From the NCBI GenBank assembly GCA_032185465.1, contig GCA_032185465.1_4549.1: a DNA stretch of 40,535 nucleotides, one strand, 5' to 3'. Source of the stretch: a phage. This document shows, piece after piece, positions 1-7,521 of this stretch (the stretch's first letter is position 1; every line of letters starts with the position of its first letter). The position numbers and the translations under genes are program-made. The notes below the pieces were generated by a model that did not search any database, was not told the origin of the DNA, and was given only the letters and a program-made list of their open reading frames with translations.

Positions 1-40
1 AAAAAACCCCTCAAGCACCCGAAGGCACCCAAGGGGTTTC
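1..40 (-). terminator. T-phi-like rho-independent late terminator after the capsid gene
   Basis: Minus strand reads GAAACCCCTTGGGTGCCTTCGGGTGCTTGAGGGGTTTTTT: GC-rich hairpin with G-U pairs followed by T6, directly after the capsid ORFs. Closely resembles the T7 T-phi terminator as I recall it. Confidence 0.85.
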
Positions 41-42
41 AA

Positions 43-333
43 TTAGTTTGTGAACGAAACGTTGAATGACCTAACGGTAGACCCGTCATATCCAACAGTT
101 ACAAGACCTGTCACAGCATCGGTGGCCTTGAAGTAGAGACTTGAAGTTCTACGAGAGTAGCTCACACCATCCGGCATGGTTACATCCAGCAGAGACCAGT
201 CGGTCACATCTGCCAGCTCAGGGAAGTCAACCTTAATACTGACACCCACTGAGGACTCCAAGGTTTCCAAGGTAGGACCCTCAGTAGAGAGAGTCCTGAA
301 GGTCATTAACCCGCTGCTGCTGGACTGAAAACC
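43..333 (-). CDS. minor capsid protein 10B C-terminal extension, reached by -1 frameshift from gene 10A
   Basis: ORF 43..306 is in the -1 frame relative to 10A and stays open back to a GGTTTTC heptamer (plus 327-333) seven codons before the 10A stop. T7 makes 10B by -1 frameshifting at the end of 10A. The frameshift itself is inferred. Confidence 0.55.
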   Translation of the reverse strand, partial: GFQSSSSGLMTFRTLSTEGPTLETLESSVGVSIKVDFPELADVTDWSLLDVTMPDGVSYSRRTSSLYFKATDAVTGLVTVGYDGSTVRSFNVSFTN

Positions 334-1355
334 AGTGCGCCAGCCGCTTCAGGACGCAGACCACCGTGACCCATAGCGTATTTACCAACAATCAGGTCGC
401 CCTGAGCATCGACGTCACGGTCACGTTCCAGCGCCAAGTCACGCAGCTTAACAGTACCCACAGCAGAACGGTGAGAGAACAGGCCCACAACGTTGTCCAG
501 AGCAACTTTAACATCACCAGTAGCGGTAGCTGGGAATGCGTGCTTCTGACCAGTCGCAATAGTGATGCCATCAGCACCACGAGTTTCACCAGCACCGCCC
601 TGAGTCAGGTGTGGAACTTCAACAACAACAAAGCCCATTACGTTACGGATGTTACCAGTCTCCGGGTCAATCAGCGCAGCATAGTTAGCAGCATTCGGCA
701 TCAGAGCAGCGAGGATTGCAGAGTAGTTGTCAGGCGTGGTGTAGAAGTAACGGTCGCCAGCAGGAACGTAGTTGGAGGTCAGCTTCGCACGAGCAATGGT
801 AAGTTGCCCAATGATTGCTTCACCCAGTTTAGCCGGGGTGTTGAGGTCAGCTTTCTTGCCTACTTCAAGTACGGACGCAGTGCCAAGACCAGCAATATTC
901 TCGTTGGATGCAGCTGGTAGGTTACACAGGATAGCCATTTCAGCCAGAACAGCACCATCAGCAGCGATAGCCAGAGCTTCACCCAACTGATTGGAATATT
1001 CGCCAGCCACGTCATAGTGGTTCATCGCGTCTTCAATGTCGAAAATCATCACATCGGCAGTCAGCAGACCATCAATGGTAATCACTTTCTCGGTATGTTT
1101 GATACCTTTACGCTTATCGGACAGTCGCTCACCCGGAGCCAGATACACACCAGAGGTGCGACCCATGACCGGGAACTGAGCAGACTTACCGTTCTGAATG
1201 GTACGGACAATATGCTTGTCAGCAGTTACAGAGCGGCGAGTGAATGCGGTCAGGACTTCACCAGCAAATACCTTCAGGAACAACGCCAGAGCGTCGGAAC
1301 TGGATTTGCCTTTACCTTGGTCTGTACCAATTTTCTGACCCGGAACGTTTGCCAT
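306..1355 (-). CDS. major capsid protein (T7 gp10A-like)
   Basis: 349 aa; near full-length similarity to recalled T7 gp10A (KHTEKVITIDGLLTADV, AILAALMPNAANYAALIDPE, HRSAVGTVKLRDLALER, KYAMGHGGLRPEAAG). ATG at 1355. Confidence 0.97.
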   Translation of the reverse strand: MANVPGQKIGTDQGKGKSSSDALALFLKVFAGEVLTAFTRRSVTADKHIVRTIQNGKSAQFPVMGRTSGVYLAPGERLSDKRKGIKHTEKVITIDGLLTADVMIFDIEDAMNHYDVAGEYSNQLGEALAIAADGAVLAEMAILCNLPAASNENIAGLGTASVLEVGKKADLNTPAKLGEAIIGQLTIARAKLTSNYVPAGDRYFYTTPDNYSAILAALMPNAANYAALIDPETGNIRNVMGFVVVEVPHLTQGGAGETRGADGITIATGQKHAFPATATGDVKVALDNVVGLFSHRSAVGTVKLRDLALERDRDVDAQGDLIVGKYAMGHGGLRPEAAGALVFSPAAAG

Positions 1356-1457
1356 ATGATAATTCTCCTATTCAATTGAAAGATAAAGTTTATTACTTAC
1401 TGTATGCCCAATCCGTATGGACTGAAGTAATAGGGAAACCTTGAGTCTTTCTCTTGG

Positions 1458-1480
1458 TCTCCCTATAGTGATAGTTTAGT
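1458..1480 (-). promoter_or_regulatory. phage RNAP promoter (phi10-like): ACTAAACTATCACTATAGGGAGA
   Basis: Minus-strand 23-mer with T7-type CACTATAGGGAGA initiation region, directly upstream of the capsid gene. Confidence 0.85.
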
Positions 1481-1481
1481 C

Positions 1482-2366
1482 CTACAGGCTTGAGGCAGCT
1501 ACCTTAGCGCGAACTTCCATCGTGTATTTAGCGTCACGCAGGTATCGCGGGTCACTCATAGCCTTAATCATGTCAGCCTTGGAGCTGAATGCTTCGGTCT
1601 GAGGAGCCTTAGGTGCGACCACAGGTTTAGCCTGAGTGGTGATGGTACGCTGAGGTTTAACACCCACAGCTTTACTCAGAGTCTTGCCAGCCAGATTCAG
1701 CAGAGCTTTGGTAGTCGCAATGTCCTTACGAACGATGGCAGCTTCCAATGCTTCACGAGTTGACGGGTCGTTGGACTCAAGGTGTGACAGGATGCGATTA
1801 AACTGTTCAGCACCACCAGCGTAGCGAACCACACCAGCGGCATACTGTTCAGCCAGAGCTTCCTGACCACGGACAAACGAATCTACGAAACGCTTGGTGT
1901 AACCTGCTTCCTGCAACTTAGCGTAGGATGCGTCAGACAGCTTACCGTCCTTGGCGTATTCAGCCTTGATAGCGGTAATTTCATCAGCAGTGACCTTGCC
2001 AGCTTCTACAGCAGAAGACACCATGTCGTCAAATGCAGCTTCGTTTTCATCCAGAGCGGTGACACTTTCAGTCAGCTCTTTCGGTGCATCACCTAGTTCG
2101 ATGAACTCAGGCTGCTCACCATCGGTCTCAGACTCTTCGTCATCGGACTCGTGGTCTTCTTCACCTTCAGTCTCGTCGACGTTATCGTCTTCTTCGGTAG
2201 CCTCTTCGGTTTCAGCTTCCAGTTGCTTGAAGGTAATAGCATCGTCGCCATCACGAACCGATACGTCCTGTTCAAGCATAGACTTCTGGTGTTCGTTCAG
2301 GTCCTCAACGGAACCAGTGATTGCATTAGAGCTAACGCCGAACTCGGCATAAACTGATTGAGACAT
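1482..2366 (-). CDS. capsid assembly (scaffolding) protein, gp9-like
   Basis: 294 aa, highly acidic; conserved C-terminal KAMSDPRY and AKLQEAGYTK..FVDSFVRGQEALAEQY blocks as in T7 gp9; between portal and capsid. Confidence 0.9.
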   Translation of the reverse strand: MSQSVYAEFGVSSNAITGSVEDLNEHQKSMLEQDVSVRDGDDAITFKQLEAETEEATEEDDNVDETEGEEDHESDDEESETDGEQPEFIELGDAPKELTESVTALDENEAAFDDMVSSAVEAGKVTADEITAIKAEYAKDGKLSDASYAKLQEAGYTKRFVDSFVRGQEALAEQYAAGVVRYAGGAEQFNRILSHLESNDPSTREALEAAIVRKDIATTKALLNLAGKTLSKAVGVKPQRTITTQAKPVVAPKAPQTEAFSSKADMIKAMSDPRYLRDAKYTMEVRAKVAASSL

Positions 2367-2444
2367 TGAGTCATTCTCCTTTAAGTTGATGATAGGAACC
2401 GACCGGGAGTCTCACCCGGCCTAATGCTTTGTGAATCTTGTCTA

Positions 2445-2467
2445 AGTTCCTATAGTGATAGTTTAGG
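2445..2467 (-). promoter_or_regulatory. phage RNAP promoter (phi9-like): CCTAAACTATCACTATAGGAACT
   Basis: Consensus -17..-1 match; between portal stop and scaffold start. Confidence 0.8.
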
Positions 2468-4031
2468 CTTGAGCCATGTCCTCACCAGCTCCCTGACCTA
2501 CAGCAGCACCCATGTTAGCACCAGCAGCACTAGCACCTTGGACAACTGCCTGTTGAGACGACTGCTCAGCCATGCGCTGAATCTTCTCGTCTTGCGTCAG
2601 GAGTAGGCCAGCGGTGTCGATACCCAGAGCGTTCAGGAGTCGCAGCTTAAGGGTCGGCAAATTGATGTCCGGGTCCTGAGATAGCGGCTGAAGACCAGTC
2701 ATCATGTTAACCGCCTGAGTCAGCTTCTCCAAGTCCTGACCACGGCCCAGAGCTTCCAGACCAGTTGAGACAGTAGGCTCTACCGCTTCTTTCGGAAGGT
2801 CAGGAATCATGCCAGCAGACTGAAGTTGGTTCATCAGCACACGGACGATAGGTAACTGAAGCTCTTGGGATTGTACTGAGTACACGCCACCTAAGGTCGC
2901 CTCCAGTTCGCCAGCAACATAACGAATCTCTTCAGCAGTGACTCTCTCGGCATTACGCTGAACAGCACTATTAAGAAGGAAGGCCCAGCCTAAACGTTGC
3001 TCGATAGCATCAGCCACCGACTTGGCAATCGTAAAGTCCTGACCCTTAGTCAGTTGCAGGAAGTTGATGTCCTCAACGCGACCAGCAACGAACTCACCTG
3101 TAGCCGCCTTGTTCAGACGACGAGGTTGCGTGATACCGTTCGGGTTAACGAGGCCCACCACCTTGGAGGCTACCTTAGCCATTTTGGTGATAGCTTCTGT
3201 AATCGTCTCCAGCGAGTTCAGGTCCCCCAGATACTCCTCGCAGTAAGAACGACCATAGTCTTCACCATCCAGTCGAACCATTCGTACCGGGATGTATGGA
3301 CATGCAGTCAGTGGGTAGGAACCCTCTGTCCCTGCTACCTCAATGCCTTCCACTTCCTCATAACGTAGATACTCGTCGTCTTGACGGTAGATGTGCGTAT
3401 ATACTTCCAGCTCTGTGTCAGGCTCATAGTCGTCTGCGTTGAGTTGTGACTTAACGTCTTCCGGTAGAGCACTAAACGCTACCTTGTCGAGAGTCACAAT
3501 CTGCAAGATATTACCGAAAGCATCACGTTGAACAACGTAGGACACTAAGCGGTACATTCGCATAGGACTGTAAGTACCTTGTTCAGGCTCTGGAATGTAG
3601 AGCAGACAGTTACCGGAGACGATAAGCTGCTTCAGAGCTTCGAACAATGGGACACGGAAACTGTTAGTCTCCATGTAGGCCATCAACACACGCTCGACCA
3701 TAGCCAGCCCTTCGTCAACACGAGCAGCAGCCTCTGAGTCCTGACTCAAGGTCTTGGCCTCATATTCGGAGACTGTCAGTCGCATCCACGGTGACTGAGG
3801 GAATAATGCCAACATCAGCTTTGCAGCCAAGTTGTTCAAACAGCGAGCACCTACAGCTTGCCACGGAGTTGTGTACTCAGTAGACGAGTTGTCGGACTCC
3901 TTAGGAAACAGTGACGGGATAGTGACAGCAGCACAGTTCTGAGCGCGTGTCTCATATGGCTGTCTACCGTTCTTCAGTCGGTCATAAACCGCTTTGGCTC
4001 CTTCAGCAGCGAACCCTTCACGTTCAGCCAT
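2463..4031 (-). CDS. portal (head-tail connector) protein, gp8-like
   Basis: 522 aa; strong similarity to recalled T7 gp8 (YETRAQNCA, PWQAVGARCLNNLA, YRLVSYVVQRDAFGN, RLDGEDYGRSY). Confidence 0.97.
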   Translation of the reverse strand: MAEREGFAAEGAKAVYDRLKNGRQPYETRAQNCAAVTIPSLFPKESDNSSTEYTTPWQAVGARCLNNLAAKLMLALFPQSPWMRLTVSEYEAKTLSQDSEAAARVDEGLAMVERVLMAYMETNSFRVPLFEALKQLIVSGNCLLYIPEPEQGTYSPMRMYRLVSYVVQRDAFGNILQIVTLDKVAFSALPEDVKSQLNADDYEPDTELEVYTHIYRQDDEYLRYEEVEGIEVAGTEGSYPLTACPYIPVRMVRLDGEDYGRSYCEEYLGDLNSLETITEAITKMAKVASKVVGLVNPNGITQPRRLNKAATGEFVAGRVEDINFLQLTKGQDFTIAKSVADAIEQRLGWAFLLNSAVQRNAERVTAEEIRYVAGELEATLGGVYSVQSQELQLPIVRVLMNQLQSAGMIPDLPKEAVEPTVSTGLEALGRGQDLEKLTQAVNMMTGLQPLSQDPDINLPTLKLRLLNALGIDTAGLLLTQDEKIQRMAEQSSQQAVVQGASAAGANMGAAVGQGAGEDMAQA

Positions 4032-4042
4032 TCGTCACCTCC

Positions 4043-4291
4043 TTAAATAGAAATACCGCCACCAGAGGTGCGAGAGACCTGAAGGCTACGCTTACCGGAA
4101 CGCTTCACTTTCTTCTCATCAGATGCGGTTGCTTCAGTATCCACATCCTCCACTTTGTCGTTCGGTACTTCCACTGGTGCTGCTGGGGTCTTAGCCTCAA
4201 CAACCTTAGGCGCGTCATCAGAGCCAAGACCAACGGTCCCTAACGTACTTTTCACCACTTTCTTGAAGGCCTTACTGATTGATTTACCCAC
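4043..4291 (-). CDS. gp7.3-like virion (tail assembly/adsorption) protein
   Basis: 82 aa, MGKSISKAFKK...SGGGISI matches recalled T7 gp7.3 ends. GTG start with AAGGAG 7 nt upstream. Confidence 0.8.
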   Translation of the reverse strand: MGKSISKAFKKVVKSTLGTVGLGSDDAPKVVEAKTPAAPVEVPNDKVEDVDTEATASDEKKVKRSGKRSLQVSRTSGGGISI

Positions 4292-4688
4292 GATTAATCT
4301 CCTTAGTTGTTACGATGTCTACCGACCCGGAAACATGCTTGACACGAGAATACCAGCCAAGACCCCAACGCTTGCACTCTTCGTCTATGATATGTCTGAC
4401 AGTCTCAAGAACCTTGCGGGAGGACTGCGAGTCACGACGAATAGCGACTATTGAAAGGTCAAGACCGGGAGTCGGTCGGTGCCAAGATGCGGTAGCCAGC
4501 ATGTAGAGATACGCTACTGGTTGACCTGAGGCATCGTAGATTGTGTATTCTTCACCGTCGAACTCGTCAGCCATACGGTAAGTATGAGCCTTGAAGTCCT
4601 CGAATGACTTGAAGTTAGACTGCCCGTCTTCCCAGAGGCGACAAGCGCACATATGGCGACCTTCGCGTGAGTTGAGATATGGTAGCAT
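4284..4688 (-). CDS. gp7-like virion protein (start uncertain)
   Basis: 134 aa ORF in the gene 7 position; internal ATG at 4652 with a better Shine-Dalgarno is an alternative start. Homology is from weak recollection plus position. Confidence 0.6.
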   Translation of the reverse strand: MLPYLNSREGRHMCACRLWEDGQSNFKSFEDFKAHTYRMADEFDGEEYTIYDASGQPVAYLYMLATASWHRPTPGLDLSIVAIRRDSQSSRKVLETVRHIIDEECKRWGLGWYSRVKHVSGSVDIVTTKEINRG

Positions 4689-4692
4689 TGTC

Positions 4693-4917
4693 TTACCCCA
4701 TGTTGACGCCAGAGGCTCGCATGGCGCGGCTAACTGACGATTTATCTTTAGGTGCAGACTCCTTCTTGACCTTCAGGTCTTTGATACCTTTGGTCTCGTT
4801 GGTGTCCACATCTGATTCAGCCCCGATGTCAACTGACGCAACTTCCTCACTCAGAGGTGCTGGTTCAGGTGCTTGGACCGAAGGCTTCGGAGTGCTAATC
4901 TTCGGACTGAAACACAT
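4693..4917 (-). CDS. gp6.7-like small virion protein
   Basis: 74 aa starting MCFSPKI..., as recalled for T7 gp6.7; correct position. Confidence 0.8.
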   Translation of the reverse strand: MCFSPKISTPKPSVQAPEPAPLSEEVASVDIGAESDVDTNETKGIKDLKVKKESAPKDKSSVSRAMRASGVNMG

Positions 4918-4931
4918 AGTCCCTCCTACAG

Positions 4932-5204
4932 TTAATCGAACTGAACGGTATCTTTCAGCTCACGACGCATAGCAATCGCAGAGTCGAGAGTGTCAGAGCA
5001 ATACTGGAGACCCTTGATGAATCCGGCAATGAACGCATCGCTGTAGCCCTGCTGCTTGAGGAGACTAATAGCTCCCGTCTTCTCAGCGTAGCTTGCGTTG
5101 AACAATACGTGCAGGAACTGGATAGCAGACTGGGAGATGTTCGGGACATCGAGTCTTTCTTCCTGTAACTGCTTAACAACGTTTTCAATAGCATTAATAG
5201 CCAT
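4932..5204 (-). CDS. hypothetical protein (gene 6.5 position)
   Basis: 90 aa ORF with ATG, directly downstream of the phi6.5-like promoter; no sequence recognised. Confidence 0.55.
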   Translation of the reverse strand: MAINAIENVVKQLQEERLDVPNISQSAIQFLHVLFNASYAEKTGAISLLKQQGYSDAFIAGFIKGLQYCSDTLDSAIAMRRELKDTVQFD

Positions 5205-5265
5205 CTTGAATCTCCTCTTTAAGTTAAGACTAAAGTCTATCTTATAGTCATATCTTAGGTCCTAA

Positions 5266-5288
5266 AGTCCCTATAGTGATAGTTTAGT
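5266..5288 (-). promoter_or_regulatory. phage RNAP promoter (phi6.5-like): ACTAAACTATCACTATAGGGACT
   Basis: Full consensus match on minus strand upstream of 4932..5204. Confidence 0.85.
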
Positions 5289-5340
5289 GTTTCACCTATG
5301 GATGACTGTTGGATTGATAGGATATGACTATCGGCTAGAC

Positions 5341-5433
5341 TCAGTGTTTAGGACGGTTGTTCGACCCGAACCACTTGTACATGCAGTAAAGGGCCAGAAG
5401 TCCGACCCAGTAAATTACATGGATGGTGTCCAT
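5341..5433 (-). CDS. small hydrophobic peptide, 30 aa (gene 6.3 position)
   Basis: MDTIHVIYWVGLLALYCMYKWFGSNNRPKH; ATG preceded by AAGGAGGT; overlaps the exonuclease 3' end. Below the ORF-track length cutoff. Confidence 0.4.
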   Translation of the reverse strand: MDTIHVIYWVGLLALYCMYKWFGSNNRPKH

Positions 5434-6335
5434 AGGATGACCTCCTTGGACTTAGGGTCGTAGTCGGAGGCTCGGCAAATACGAGCGACCTGAGCTTGGA
5501 CCAGAAGTTCCTCCTCGGTCATCCCAGCTTTAGCAGCCAGAGTCACCATGCAGTCCCACAGCGTCATGTCGTCACGCTTTGGATACTTCTTCCACTCAGT
5601 CTTAATCTGGCCTTTGTTCTTACCAGTCTTAAGCTCACGGCTCTCCTGTACGAAGTAGTACGGCTCGTCAAGGAACGCGCGTGTAGTATCCTCACCCATC
5701 CCCGGAATGCCACCGTAGCCATCTGTGGTGTCACCCTTGATGGTTTGCTCCATGTGCCAGTAGTCTGCCTCAGCAGTCGTATGACTCAGGATTTCACCAG
5801 TGGTTAACCAGAAGAACTCACAGTTCGGGATGGTCTTGAAGTCCTTATCACAGGACACCAGAACAGCATGGTCACAGCCTACAATCTGAGGTCTGGTCCC
5901 GATGATACCCATACAGTCATCACCTTCAAGCGTAGGACGCAGGAAGCTGTTGAACCGTGGGTCAGCCATCACTTCGGCTACGAACTTCTTGTAACCTACA
6001 GGCTTGCGGGAACCTTTACGGTTGGCCTTATAGGTTGGCAGAACGTCCTTACGCCAGTTGTAATCGTCGGTGAAGCACATCACAATCTTAGCGTCTTTCC
6101 ACGCCTTGCGCTTCTTAACGATTTCAGCGATGGTGTTCTCAAGGATACGACGAGCCTTGGCGTGGTCGCAGATAATGGTCCAGATGTCATCACCCCAGTC
6201 TGTCTCGTCCTCGGCAGCAGCCATAGATGAAAACACTAAGTAGTCACCATCTAACACAAGAGCTATTTTCTTTTCGCTCACAGGCATCCTCCATGTTGGT
6301 TCAGGAACTTGGTGCCAGCAGCGGTAATCTCCCAC
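5415..6335 (-). CDS. 5'-3' exonuclease, gp6-like
   Basis: Strong similarity to recalled T7 gp6 (DGDYLVF, CDHAKARRILE, NWRKDVLPTYKANRK, SCDKDFKTIPNC, TLWDC...AKAGMTEEE). Track start 6335 is GTG; ATG at 6287 is an alternative. Confidence 0.93.
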   Translation of the reverse strand: MGDYRCWHQVPEPTWRMPVSEKKIALVLDGDYLVFSSMAAAEDETDWGDDIWTIICDHAKARRILENTIAEIVKKRKAWKDAKIVMCFTDDYNWRKDVLPTYKANRKGSRKPVGYKKFVAEVMADPRFNSFLRPTLEGDDCMGIIGTRPQIVGCDHAVLVSCDKDFKTIPNCEFFWLTTGEILSHTTAEADYWHMEQTIKGDTTDGYGGIPGMGEDTTRAFLDEPYYFVQESRELKTGKNKGQIKTEWKKYPKRDDMTLWDCMVTLAAKAGMTEEELLVQAQVARICRASDYDPKSKEVILWTPSM

Positions 6336-6487
6336 GCACCGTTGTTACGCCCGTCCATAGACAGACAGCTCAGATGTCCACGACTCGCAGCCTCAGCCAC
6401 CAGTGCCGCATTGTTGCGCACGTAGTTGGACTGGAAGGTCTTCGGGCAGGACTTAAGGGCCGCTAGGACCCGTAAGTATTCACTCAT
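6278..6487 (-). CDS. gp5.7-like protein
   Basis: 69 aa, MSEYLRVLAALKSCPKTFQSNYVRNNAALVAEAASRGH..., near-colinear with recalled T7 gp5.7. Confidence 0.85.
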   Translation of the reverse strand: MSEYLRVLAALKSCPKTFQSNYVRNNAALVAEAASRGHLSCLSMDGRNNGAWEITAAGTKFLNQHGGCL

Positions 6488-6768
6488 TGCTTGACCTCGA
6501 ATCGCAGGTTAGATACTCCGAACTGGTCATAACCAAAGTCGTCTACCAGCTCCTCCTTGATGGTCTTCTTGAGGCCAATTTCAAGGGCAGACTCAGGGCC
6601 TGACTCGATTGCGGTTTTGACCAGAGCCAACTGAAGACCATCCAGCTTCTCACCCTCAGCGTAGGCTTTAGTCATCTCAGCCAGTTGGCGACACATGGTA
6701 TCTTCTTCCTTTGAGTTAACAACCATCTTCAGATCAAAACTCACACGAATACGTTTAGTAATAGCCAT
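6484..6768 (-). CDS. gp5.5-like protein
   Basis: Starts MAITKRIRVSFD at ATG 6768, which overlaps the polymerase stop (TAATG); matches recalled T7 gp5.5 N-terminus. Track ORF extends to 6786. Confidence 0.8.
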   Translation of the reverse strand: MAITKRIRVSFDLKMVVNSKEEDTMCRQLAEMTKAYAEGEKLDGLQLALVKTAIESGPESALEIGLKKTIKEELVDDFGYDQFGVSNLRFEVKQ

Positions 6769-6923
6769 TAGTGACACTCCTTCCACGTTGGTCCAATCTT
6801 ACCTTCGGTATCAAGGACACATTTAAAGTTATAGAACTCACCCACCTTACGCATAGCAAGTTGAGCAATTTCTACTGTACGTTCTGCTATTTCTTGGGTA
6901 CGACAAGCAATCTGTAACTCATC
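6768..6923 (-). CDS. DNA polymerase, exon 2 (C-terminal 51 aa)
   Basis: Translates DELQIACRTQEIAERTVEIAQLAMRKVGEFYNFKCVLDTEGKIGPTWKECH, colinear with the T7 DNA polymerase C-terminus (HDEIQVGCRTEEIAQ...LLDTEGKMGPNWAICH). In frame to stop at 6768-6770. Confidence 0.8.
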   Translation of the reverse strand, partial: DELQIACRTQEIAERTVEIAQLAMRKVGEFYNFKCVLDTEGKIGPTWKECH

Positions 6924-7521
6924 CTTTCTGTATTCTCCCATTACTGGAAGTGTCGGACTATATCATCAGTCTTTGAGGTGACTGTCTGGCGCTTCGGGTT
7001 ACGTGGGAATCTCACCCACGGCCCTACTCCTTTCGGATAGTCTCTACGCCTTCCACTCTCTAATCCACCCACAGGCGGCTGAGAACGACACATTGAATAT
7101 TTCGGCTAACTTCGTTCCAGTACACCCAGTCTCTACCCAGTAGTCTCGTGCTTCTAGCTTCCTAGCAGCGTATCGCTCTTTGTTGGTCTTGACTAAGTGT
7201 GAGTCCCGGTCTAATACTTGTAGATGTTCGACGTTGCAACAAGCTCTATTACGACACTTGTGGTCTACTTCGAAACCGTCAGGTATTGGACCATTAGCTT
7301 TAATCCATACAGTTCTATGATACATCTCAAGGACACCGTTAGTCCTCTTTCGGAAGTATCCATCCTGATTCAATTTATGTGACGTAGGGATTATGCAGCC
7401 AGTCTCAGTGGCCTCAAGAATTAACTTCTTGCCTCTCATACATCCTCCCTATGGCTTGGCTCGGTATTGTCCCATTAGGAGTTCACCGAGTTCACCAGAT
7501 TTAATGTGCACCATGATGTTA
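6924..7521 (-). mobile_element. putative group I intron in the DNA polymerase gene, carrying an HNH homing endonuclease ORF
   Basis: 598 bp separating ...AYMAWVH (followed by in-frame TAA) from DELQIAC..., i.e. splitting the conserved HDE motif. Exon 1 ends in T and the insert ends in G, as expected for group I splice sites. Intron secondary structure not verified. Confidence 0.6.
7044..7439 (-). CDS. HNH homing endonuclease (inside the polymerase insertion)
   Basis: 131 aa with HNH motif HRTVWIKANGPIPDGFEVDHKCRNRACCNVEHLQVL; ATG at 7439. Confidence 0.85.
   Translation of the reverse strand: MRGKKLILEATETGCIIPTSHKLNQDGYFRKRTNGVLEMYHRTVWIKANGPIPDGFEVDHKCRNRACCNVEHLQVLDRDSHLVKTNKERYAARKLEARDYWVETGCTGTKLAEIFNVSFSAACGWIREWKA

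Noticed and set aside
366-920. Plus-strand ORFs overlapping minus-strand genes (e.g. 366..920, 1951..2352 Ser-rich, 17918..18340, 29905..30174)
   Set aside because: All lie antisense to genes with strong homology, have no plus-oriented promoter or Shine-Dalgarno signals, and show low-complexity or mirror-frame composition.
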